From assembly GCA_949373075.1 (NCBI GenBank), contig CASIBX010000040.1, positions 6,686 to 70,685 on the forward strand: DNA of 64,000 bases. The letters are read 5' to 3'. The notes under the pieces were generated by a model that worked only from the letters and a program-made list of their open reading frames with translations, searched no databases and had not been told where the DNA came from. The DNA comes from Candidatus Poseidoniaceae archaeon (lineage in GTDB: Archaea; Thermoplasmatota; Poseidoniia; Poseidoniales; Poseidoniaceae). Below are positions 27,701 through 33,424 of the stretch, in pieces (within the stretch, counting starts at the first letter, position 1; each line of letters opens with the position of its first letter). A program made the translations under genes and the position numbers.

Positions 27701-30416
27701 TTTCGTTGCATATATTCAGAAGATGAAAGGGGGAAGTTCACCAGAACCAGTTCCAACACCCTCTCCAATTAGTGACGTAGCATCTGTTCCATCACCTATT
27801 GCGCCTGCACTAACACCTACACGTTCAACCACTAGGCGATGGCAAGTTGAGGTCGAGCCTTGCCCAGCAGTTGCAGAAGGATTGCCAATTGGTGGAACGA
27901 TTGTTCTTACACAAGATAGTTGGGGAGTCGCAGATGCATTAGCTCTCAGACTAAGCGAAAAAGGACTTTCAGTCGCTAAAATCGGCTTTGAGTTCGGTGC
28001 AAAGTCGGTAACTGAGCAAGAAGAATTGTCAGGCCACACCTTCAGAGCAGACCCTAGTAGCGAAGAACAAATTTCAGAAATCTGTTCACGAATAACAGGT
28101 GTTGCAGGAGTCATTCACTTAGCACCATTATCTCTTACAGGAAGTTCATGGGAATCTAAAGGTCCTTCCAACCAAGTAACTCTTGCAGCACACTCTTGGT
28201 TTGGCTTGCTCAAAGGACTCGACTCACAATTAGCAGTGATATCCTCTGGTATTGTTGGAAGCGTTACCGCTATGGATGGAAGACATGGAAATCGCGGAGA
28301 GAGATTCAATTCCCTCTCCTGCGCAGCCAGTGGCGTTACCAAATCATACGCGTTTGAGCGTGAAAACCTAAGATGTCGTGCTTTAGACTTGCATCCTGAA
28401 TTAATCATCGATGCAGAGGCTGCTGCTGAAATAATCGAAAATGACATGTTCAGTTTAGGGGGCGATGTAGAAGTTGGAATCGACAGAGACGGTAGACGAT
28501 GGACATTGGTCTGTTTTGCCGAAGACATTGTCGATGAAGTGAAATCTCTCGAATCAGATGACATTTGGGTTGTCAGTGGTGGAGGTTCCGGAGTAACAGC
28601 GGCTTCGATAATTGGAGTCTCAAATGCTAGCCAAGGAGCAGGAGCAACATTCTTGCTTCTTGGAAGAAGTAAACTTGAGGACGAAACTTCGACTTGGCTT
28701 GATTGGAGTGAAGAGCAACTAACCTCCAGAAAGATGGAACTTCGAGAGTCTCTGATGTCTGATTCAGAAAGTGGGAAAATCACAATGGTCGAATGGAATA
28801 ATGCCTGGACTAAATTAACTAGAAGCATGGATATTTACCGTACTATTAGCGTGATAAAGTCGAGTGGTAACCATGCAGAGTACCATTCCGCAGACGTTAC
28901 CGACTCTGATGCAATAATTGCAGCAGTTGGCGGAAGGAGCGTCACAGGAATCGTCCATGGCGCAGGACTTGAAGAATCTAAATTAGTCGCTGACAAAGAA
29001 TGGAAAACATTTGACTTGATTGTACGTGTGAAAGTAGATGGCTGGAAGGCGTTAATCTCAGCAGTTGGAGATGACTTACGATTTGCATGTGCATTCACAA
29101 GTGTTGCCGGACGCTTTGGAAATGGTGGCCAGACAGATTACGCCGCTGCAAATTCAATTCTAGATGCAGAGATGGCTCGATTAACTGCTAGTGGAGATTG
29201 CCGAGCAGTCGCCATTGGATGGACAGGTTGGAGAGATGTTGGTATGGCAACACGAGGTTCAATTGAAGCAGTATTCGAATCAGCGGGAATAGAAACGCTA
29301 GCAGTTGAACAGGGAGTTGAGATATTCGTAGGAGAGGCTCTTGCTGGTGGAAAGAGGAGAGTACTTGGCTGTGGATCTTTAGGTCTAATGGATAGGTTTG
29401 ATTCTTTCAGAGAAGCTCCGTTGAAATTACCTGCAGAGATGGCAGCATCTATTGCGGACCCTCGTCGTTTCCCTCTAATCGACAAATTAATTTCTCTTGA
29501 TGTTGGAAAGTCTTTGGTTTCACAATGCACACTTTCGACCCAAGACCATCCGTTCTTGATCGACCATTCAATCGATGGAGTGCCATATCATCCTGGAGTA
29601 ATGGCTATGGAGATGTTTGCAGAGAACTCTCTATTGCTATTGCCTGGTCATTGTATTGCCGGATTTGAAGATGTAACATTCGGTCTGCCGATTAAGATAA
29701 TGAAAGGTTCAATGACAGTTCGAGTAGAAGCCAAATTTGAACGGACTGATGGTGATTTAACTTGGGTGAGTTGCCGTTTAGTTTCTGATTTGGTTAACTC
29801 GAAAGGGGAGATATTTGGAGAGCCACGCCTTCATCATGAAGCAAAGGTTAGATTGGTTACTTCAAGTGATGATTTGCTTCCATTCCTTCAGAGTGAGGTT
29901 GATGCTTTACCAACTATTGGTACTCCTGCTGATGGCGAATTATTGCACCATTCAAGTTTCATCTACCTCAGATATTTCCATGGTCCAAGATTCCAATCGC
30001 ACGGCGGAGTTCTTCGTGGAATCGACAATGGCGTTGATGGAATCGCACTGATGAGGCACCAACTTCCAGCAACAGACCAGTTTGCTCAGGAAAGTGAAGG
30101 CGAAGAAATACTGCTAGACGCATTACCTATGCTGATAGAAGCAGGATTCCAAAACGCAGGCTTAGCCGCTATGGAGAGCGACGGTTTCTCCAGTTTACCA
30201 ATCGGAATTGAATGGACCACCATGCTAAGGGTCCCTGAATCTAATGAGAGACTTCGAATGCGTTCAGTGAAGGTCGCTTCTGAAGATGCAGGTGTAACTG
30301 TTCACGATGTCGTAATCGTTGGTGATGATGATGCTCCAGTATTGTCTCTCAAAGGATTGAGACTCAAGGCTATGGGAGAAGTACCTGAAGACCAAAGATT
30401 CACACTCGAGAGGTGA
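21792..30416 (+). CDS. type I PfaA-like polyketide/fatty-acid megasynthase: KS-AT-ACP-like-KS-ACP-ACP-ACP-KR-DH
   Basis: Numbering follows the track ORF (start 21783). KS1: DAACASS (C228), EAHGTST, KSQIGH. AT: GHSLGE (S727) and the malonyl-type HAFH motif. ACP-like domain: LGMNDSQ (about 24855..25080). KS2: LACASAT (C1323), SHETFTP, KGFTGHPMG. Three ACPs: LGIDTVKQAEIM. KR: VVSGGGSGVTA and GQTDYAAAN (Y2453). PS-type DH: HPFLIDHSIDGVPYHPG (H2595). Start is ATG at 21792 or the overlapping GTG at 21783. Confidence 0.9.
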   Translation: MTITTADGKPCDGLEQAPFEPIAVIGMAALMPDATSIEQFWQNIIDAHVSIKEVTKDRWDPDIYWDEGSPGNIAEGKTYSKIGGFVEGYEFDWRRWRQPPGTLPQIDPCQLWAVTVSADAIEHAGYGEGGKTLDRSRTGVIFANALGGENRSESNLRVFSAEMRKIAIDNGVTPEQADSMVETICEGKPRIDEDTMPGELANVVSGRVANLLDLQGPNYSTDAACASSMAALLDACRLLQTRQVDTMLAGATDRCMEAPTYAKFSAIGALSPTHSTPFDARANGFVMGEGAGVLLLKRLSDAIRDGDDVKAVVRGVGGSSDGRGKGITAPSQRGQVQAVSRAYSQAGYAPSTVELVEAHGTSTKVGDATELSTLSLLWNDLDGGDHIAVGSVKSQIGHLKAAAGIAGIMKACNAVYHNTIPPSAGFQTPNPTVEWNEIPFFVPTKARDWPEPKSHPRRAGVSAFGFGGTNFHVAIEGYVPEFHAELVSHWDGRWEAYAGYDKPSSDKATMTHEQLKAIEGGLLLLSGDSVEAVRTKLAAVSFQDSNFDDDPSGIRLSFTLPDAWSFSPSDSVRMAISATNWAEFNKRTELALKAMDDKAKWGFLMSQGIMISDDPALPSEAKVAHMYPGQGSQYVGMTHDLNHRFTGVGEVWEKADITMVEVLDGETLSSFVLRDNLSQEEKEEAEFKLKQTEYTQPAMLTADLAIEAALNAHGHKPDMVAGHSLGEYAALMSAGILDMDGALRAAAARGTEMGSVEIDDKGLMASVTAPYTRIAEIIEEIDGYVIAANKNSPKMTVIAGETAPVKEAMSKFQSEGFQSVELATSHAFHSRIVAPANEPLRRFLEGLEIRWPSIPITSNVDGGWYPMDDGSDSKTAVLSKLAPQMASSVEWTKQINSMYEAGARIFVEVGPKRALTVFASQILEGKVALPIMTNHPKAGGIATFLSALGTLALAGRTPEWPDRNSPQLTEAFRAGPVEAQGVSQQPATPLKERSRPLPSKGGDVITKTVVQSKEAFSDPDAAKINLVGELIAAQTGYPAKFCQGNVDMRDVLGMNDSQIQIVVSSVHARCSTDPDWDVTVAKTPGDITRWITAAPIPGSKTRATKFDDRDDDPYVITGISLGLPGGERVFDKGNFEKLIRGETCISEVTDDYKQRLLDKNIVRLIKGRDGSVGMDAATEFGDIPQLAGLKSAFDPTEEFGIDAKIAAAWDMATQLACAAGLIALKDAGIPLTPVEQVGKGGLRLIRSWQMPSMYRDRTGIVFSSCFAGHQMAAKHAKLNGDDGEGRFDRRYLFQILNMGHSQFAQHVGIRGPNTTINLACASATAAFGVAEDWLAADRCDRVVIISADDVTGDDMWEWIGSGFASSGAAATSNVIEETALPFDKRRNGLILGMGAAAFVVERKSHSDARGVQPMAELLGTRIANSAFHGTRLDVDHVASTVDGFIGEMESRWGLDRHKMASETVFFSHETFTPARGGSAQAEVKALRDTFGASTDSIVIANTKGFTGHPMGVGIEDAAMFYGLMTGKIPPIANHKEVDPELGNLKLSKGGAYPELKYGMRFAAGFGSQIGLSLVRKCEYTGDRINRQKLLTWNQSIAGTPNIELRVLQNKLVAYVDGDNNLHGGIQGEEYAVPNNVQPIAAPVIADVTPEPVAVPEPVAIVAKVPPQEVSGDLTSIVIDVVVNHTGYPADFVELDQDLEGELGIDTVKQAEIMADIRTKFALPVDEDFVLSDYPTLTHMIGYIHKMKGGSAPTPTAPTPVVETEVSQPAEVVAKVEPTVIPKTVVSADTSDIQPKLIGVVVKHTGYPEDFIEMDQDLEGELGIDTVKQAEIMGDVREIFSLPVDEDFVLSDHPTLNHFVAYIQKMTGATASSPAPVEPTPLSVPASKPEAEPVREQIVVSDNGEIQPKLIAVVVKHTGYPDDFIEMDQDLEGELGIDTVKQAEIMGDVREIFSLPVDEDFVLSDHPTLNHFVAYIQKMKGGSSPEPVPTPSPISDVASVPSPIAPALTPTRSTTRRWQVEVEPCPAVAEGLPIGGTIVLTQDSWGVADALALRLSEKGLSVAKIGFEFGAKSVTEQEELSGHTFRADPSSEEQISEICSRITGVAGVIHLAPLSLTGSSWESKGPSNQVTLAAHSWFGLLKGLDSQLAVISSGIVGSVTAMDGRHGNRGERFNSLSCAASGVTKSYAFERENLRCRALDLHPELIIDAEAAAEIIENDMFSLGGDVEVGIDRDGRRWTLVCFAEDIVDEVKSLESDDIWVVSGGGSGVTAASIIGVSNASQGAGATFLLLGRSKLEDETSTWLDWSEEQLTSRKMELRESLMSDSESGKITMVEWNNAWTKLTRSMDIYRTISVIKSSGNHAEYHSADVTDSDAIIAAVGGRSVTGIVHGAGLEESKLVADKEWKTFDLIVRVKVDGWKALISAVGDDLRFACAFTSVAGRFGNGGQTDYAAANSILDAEMARLTASGDCRAVAIGWTGWRDVGMATRGSIEAVFESAGIETLAVEQGVEIFVGEALAGGKRRVLGCGSLGLMDRFDSFREAPLKLPAEMAASIADPRRFPLIDKLISLDVGKSLVSQCTLSTQDHPFLIDHSIDGVPYHPGVMAMEMFAENSLLLLPGHCIAGFEDVTFGLPIKIMKGSMTVRVEAKFERTDGDLTWVSCRLVSDLVNSKGEIFGEPRLHHEAKVRLVTSSDDLLPFLQSEVDALPTIGTPADGELLHHSSFIYLRYFHGPRFQSHGGVLRGIDNGVDGIALMRHQLPATDQFAQESEGEEILLDALPMLIEAGFQNAGLAAMESDGFSSLPIGIEWTTMLRVPESNERLRMRSVKVASEDAGVTVHDVVIVGDDDAPVLSLKGLRLKAMGEVPEDQRFTLER
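26803..27732 (+). repeat. three tandem ACP-domain repeats (coding) separated by Pro/Ala-rich linkers
   Basis: Units are centred on GAT-ACG (Asp-Thr) codons; the ACG codons are at 26907, 27264 and 27603 (spacing 357 and 339 nt). Units 2 and 3 are nearly identical in protein and differ mostly at synonymous sites. Confidence 0.9.
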
Positions 30417-30420
30417 TTGA

Positions 30421-31110
30421 ATGGAAAAGATGGATCCAGTGACGGGTCCACGTATGTTCCTTGCTCGTCGCAAGATTGGTGATTGTATCAGCGTCCTCGC
30501 AGAAACAATCCCTAGGGGTTCACCAAAAAGAATCGCAGACCACAATTCAGGACGACTTCTTCTAGAAGAATGCTTGAGTGAATGGGGAATCCCAATCGAT
30601 TCAATAGAGGTCTTACGCACTGATGAGAGAGCCCCATACCTTTCATGGTTAGATGGTATTTGGAGAAATACTCCCTTGCCAGGGATAAGTATCGGCCATT
30701 CTGGTGAATGGGCTGTATGCGCTCTAATAGAACCTGGATTCTGGGTTGGAATCGATGCTGAGCCTAAGGATAGAGGCATTCAAGAAAATGCATTTGATAT
30801 GATGGCTAAGGGTGAAGAATTAGATTGGTTGAAATCAAATCCAGGGCAAGCAATTCGCATATGGACGGCCAAAGAGGCTGTACAAAAAGCAGAGAGGAGG
30901 GGGATGAACCTCAATCCAAGAGATATTGTTCTTGATAATTACCAAGTTGAATCATTTATCCATGAAGACCAGATGGTTTCAGTTTCATGGCGTAATGCAG
31001 GAGATGACCCTGTGAGTGCAGAAGACGATTTATTGCAACAAACCCGAATTGCTATGCAGTCCGGTGAATCATGGGGCGTTGGTTGTAATACAACCAGAAA
31101 TAATGTTTGA
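30421..31110 (+). CDS. Sfp-type 4'-phosphopantetheinyl transferase
   Basis: ISIGHSGEWAVCAL, WVGIDAEP and IWTAKEAVQKAERRG match the Sfp/PfaE-type PPTase motifs. ATG lies 4 nt after the megasynthase stop and is preceded by GAGAGGTGA. Confidence 0.85.
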   Translation: MEKMDPVTGPRMFLARRKIGDCISVLAETIPRGSPKRIADHNSGRLLLEECLSEWGIPIDSIEVLRTDERAPYLSWLDGIWRNTPLPGISIGHSGEWAVCALIEPGFWVGIDAEPKDRGIQENAFDMMAKGEELDWLKSNPGQAIRIWTAKEAVQKAERRGMNLNPRDIVLDNYQVESFIHEDQMVSVSWRNAGDDPVSAEDDLLQQTRIAMQSGESWGVGCNTTRNNV

Positions 31111-31111
31111 A

Positions 31112-31588
31112 TCACTTGTTCCAAACTCTACTGGATTCCCAAGGTAGGCCGAACAGAATCCCGATTTCAGTTAGGATTACATAATTTAGTAATAGGTAAC
31201 TAAGGTAAGATATTATGATGATAAGTAGCGATGTGTTGATGATTTTTCTTCTTTCACGCTTAGCTTGGTCAACGGTGCAAATACCTTGACTTCTGAAGTA
31301 AAAGAACAATCCCACACATACGGTGATAGCAGCGATAGCGAGCATCAATGGCCTGAACCATGAATATCCATCATTGCCCCAGTATAATGTGTTGGATAGT
31401 GCTGCACCTGAAGATACGGTTGCAATTCCAAACATTACCAGCACTACAGATGGAAGACAACACATGGAGGCGATAACTGAAGAACCAGCAACTATTTTCC
31501 ACAACTTTTGCGGCTGCTTTTCTTCTTCGCTATCAGCAGTAACCTCTTGCTCCATGCACAATTTAGATTGATGAACTACAAAAAGCAT
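31112..31588 (-). CDS. MerT-like membrane protein with a CC motif (putative heavy-metal transporter)
   Basis: Three predicted TMs. The first carries ASMCCLPSVVLVMFGIA, like the MerT/MerF vicinal-Cys helix. A single Cys (GICT) follows TM2. Alternative start MEQEV at 31555. Confidence 0.45.
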   Translation of the reverse strand: MLFVVHQSKLCMEQEVTADSEEEKQPQKLWKIVAGSSVIASMCCLPSVVLVMFGIATVSSGAALSNTLYWGNDGYSWFRPLMLAIAAITVCVGLFFYFRSQGICTVDQAKRERRKIINTSLLIIIISYLSYLLLNYVILTEIGILFGLPWESSRVWNK

Positions 31589-31646
31589 TGTCTAGTCCTA
31601 TAATCTCAATTGGCCATGCTAACATGGCCTAGTTGTCGATTGTTAG

Positions 31647-31814
31647 TTAGTAGACAGTCCAGACGTAGAACCCTACCAATAGTGAAATTGGAACTACATA
31701 GTATAGAACTCTAACAATAATGGATTTAGTCTCACTCTTGGTGTTCATAAATTCACTATCTTTGACTACAGAATCTCCAATCGCAGCCACAATTTCCCCT
31801 ATAGCATCTACCAT
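31647..31814 (-). CDS. possible small membrane protein (55 aa), below the ORF-track size cutoff
   Basis: MVDAIGEIVAAIGDSVVKDSEFMNTKSETKSIIVRVLYYVVPISLLVGFYVWTVY. GAGGTG lies 5 nt upstream of the ATG, immediately after the M28 peptidase stop. Confidence 0.35.
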   Translation of the reverse strand: MVDAIGEIVAAIGDSVVKDSEFMNTKSETKSIIVRVLYYVVPISLLVGFYVWTVY

Positions 31815-31823
31815 TATCACACC

Positions 31824-33227
31824 TCAAGCGTTCAAGTTCCTAATCTCAGGAGTTTGGTCGGCAATGATGAATTCAAGCATTGCTGCCCACATTACGAATT
31901 CCATACTCTTCTCCAATTCTTCTTGACCACCTACTTCAGCAACCATGTTATCGAGAGTGTCAGATGGAGAGTGATATGCATCATAATCCGCATCATACGC
32001 CCCTAAGTGGAAGATAGTTTGCGCTCCTAAATCACGGAATGTAACGTGATCTGAGCGTCCAAAAGTGTCTTCGTGAACATCCATTACAAGGTTGTAATGG
32101 TCATCCCAATGCTGGTCGCACCCTGCTCCATATGAGCCTTCAATTCGTAGGTCTCTTGGAGCCTTTAGGATGTTGAAGTGTACATCATCAAGCACAGTTG
32201 TAATCGCAACATCCTGTACTTCTGGGTCAGCATCAGGTCCTGACCATGCATGGTAAGGGAAAGGATCGCCATTTGATTTCATAGCAGGCCAAGACATCCC
32301 CATCATGTCCATGTTAATGTAGAACTCAAGTTCTTTATCTTGGGGCAAACAATAGTCACAGTTGTTGTTAGCAAAGGCGTTGGAACCTCGAAGTCCTTCT
32401 TCTTCACTAGACCATAGAGCCAAGAATGTATCACATTCGAAAGTCAAGTCTGCGAAGGCACGGGCATACAGCATCATCGCAACAGTACCTGCGGTATTGT
32501 CGTATGCTCCCTCATAAGTTCCTCCTCCTGGAGGTCCACCTGGAGGTGCGATGTCCATGTGTCCACCCATTCCTTGAACGCAGTTATCGTTGCGGCCTTG
32601 CTTCCAAGCTATGACGTTGAGGCTTTCTGGCTGTGCTAAGTTGCCATGGTCTGTTACTCTAAGCAAGTGAGTTTCATATCCAAGGCCTTCGAAATGACCT
32701 TTGAAATATTCTGCAGCACGCTCAAAGGCAACATTCCCAGCACCCATCCAGCGATTTATGTATGCTCCACATTTCGTTGTGTCTGTACAAGTACTTGTGA
32801 TAAAGTCGATTTTCCTAAACCATTCTTCACCGTTAACGACCGGAGTTCCGTTTGTAATCGAAACGCTTACTGCTTCAGTTTGTCCATCACTACTCATGAA
32901 TGCAATGCTTACTTCATCAGTGTAAGGCGTTGTTAATAACTGACCAAACACTGTATTGTCTTCAACTATCACGCTGTGGCTTTTCACATAAGTCCCGTTA
33001 ATGAACATTAGAACATCTGGTTGAGTTGTTATCGAATTACCTTCACCAACTAGAGTGAAATCATGGAATTCCCCTGCTCTCAAAATTGCATCTTCAGGAT
33101 TAAGGAAATCGATTTGTAATGCACCTGCAGGGTCAACAGAGGCCTTTTCTTCTTCACCAAAGCATCCAGCCAGTGGTGCTACCATGAATAATCCGGCGAG
33201 GACTAGTGCCGTTAGGTGTCGGTTCAT
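31824..33227 (-). CDS. M28-family metallo-aminopeptidase, probable lipoprotein
   Basis: Signal/lipobox LFMVAPLAGCFG. Zn-ligand regions GMGGHMD, LWSSEEEGLRGS, and SDH late in the protein. Confidence 0.8.
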   Translation of the reverse strand: MNRHLTALVLAGLFMVAPLAGCFGEEEKASVDPAGALQIDFLNPEDAILRAGEFHDFTLVGEGNSITTQPDVLMFINGTYVKSHSVIVEDNTVFGQLLTTPYTDEVSIAFMSSDGQTEAVSVSITNGTPVVNGEEWFRKIDFITSTCTDTTKCGAYINRWMGAGNVAFERAAEYFKGHFEGLGYETHLLRVTDHGNLAQPESLNVIAWKQGRNDNCVQGMGGHMDIAPPGGPPGGGTYEGAYDNTAGTVAMMLYARAFADLTFECDTFLALWSSEEEGLRGSNAFANNNCDYCLPQDKELEFYINMDMMGMSWPAMKSNGDPFPYHAWSGPDADPEVQDVAITTVLDDVHFNILKAPRDLRIEGSYGAGCDQHWDDHYNLVMDVHEDTFGRSDHVTFRDLGAQTIFHLGAYDADYDAYHSPSDTLDNMVAEVGGQEELEKSMEFVMWAAMLEFIIADQTPEIRNLNA

Positions 33228-33308
33228 GCGCTACGCGCATATTCCGTTATTCATCAATATATTGGGAGATTGCTAAAATAAAAATTAGCACGATGTAGTG
33301 AAAGTGGA

Positions 33309-33380
33309 TGCGGATAGCGGGAATCGAACCCACGACATGAGGTTGGAAACCTCAGGTGATAACCACTTCACCATATCCGC
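33309..33380 (-). tRNA. tRNA-Gly (anticodon UCC)
   Basis: Hand-folded cloverleaf. Acceptor GCGGATA/TATCCGC, D-stem GTGA/TCAC, anticodon stem TGAGG/CCTCA with loop TTTCCAA, variable loop TGTC, T-arm GTGGG-TTCGATT-CCCGC, discriminator A. CCA is not encoded. Confidence 0.9.
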
Positions 33381-33424
33381 GTAATATTCTGTCGGAGTGC
33401 GTCCTCTTCTTAGGCGATTCGGTC

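Noticed and set aside
26803-27732. Regularly spaced repeats that might suggest a CRISPR-like array
   Set aside because: The repeats are 339-357 nt apart, lie in frame inside a CDS and encode ACP domains. They show no short repeat/spacer alternation. No cas genes are present in the window.
28115-28828. 237-aa minus-strand ORF inside the megasynthase, plus similar ORFs at 23255..23668, 27716..28114, 29138..29530 and 30264..30779
   Set aside because: All are antisense shadows of a sense frame that carries clear KS/AT/KR/DH/PPTase motifs. None has a recognisable motif or a start context.
21792-30416. Calling the megasynthase a canonical PUFA synthase (pfaA of a pfaABCD cluster)
   Set aside because: No PfaC-type KS-CLF-FabA-DH protein, PfaB-type AT or PfaD-type ER lies nearby. 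The enoyl reductase here is FabI, and the protein has an extra ACP-like domain plus a second KS. PfaA-like describes the domain relationship only, not the product.
33228-33424. tRNA-Gly as a possible integration site for the adjacent 4.7-kb protease gene (genomic island)
   Set aside because: I found no integrase, no direct repeat of the tRNA 3' end and no other mobile-element gene on either side.
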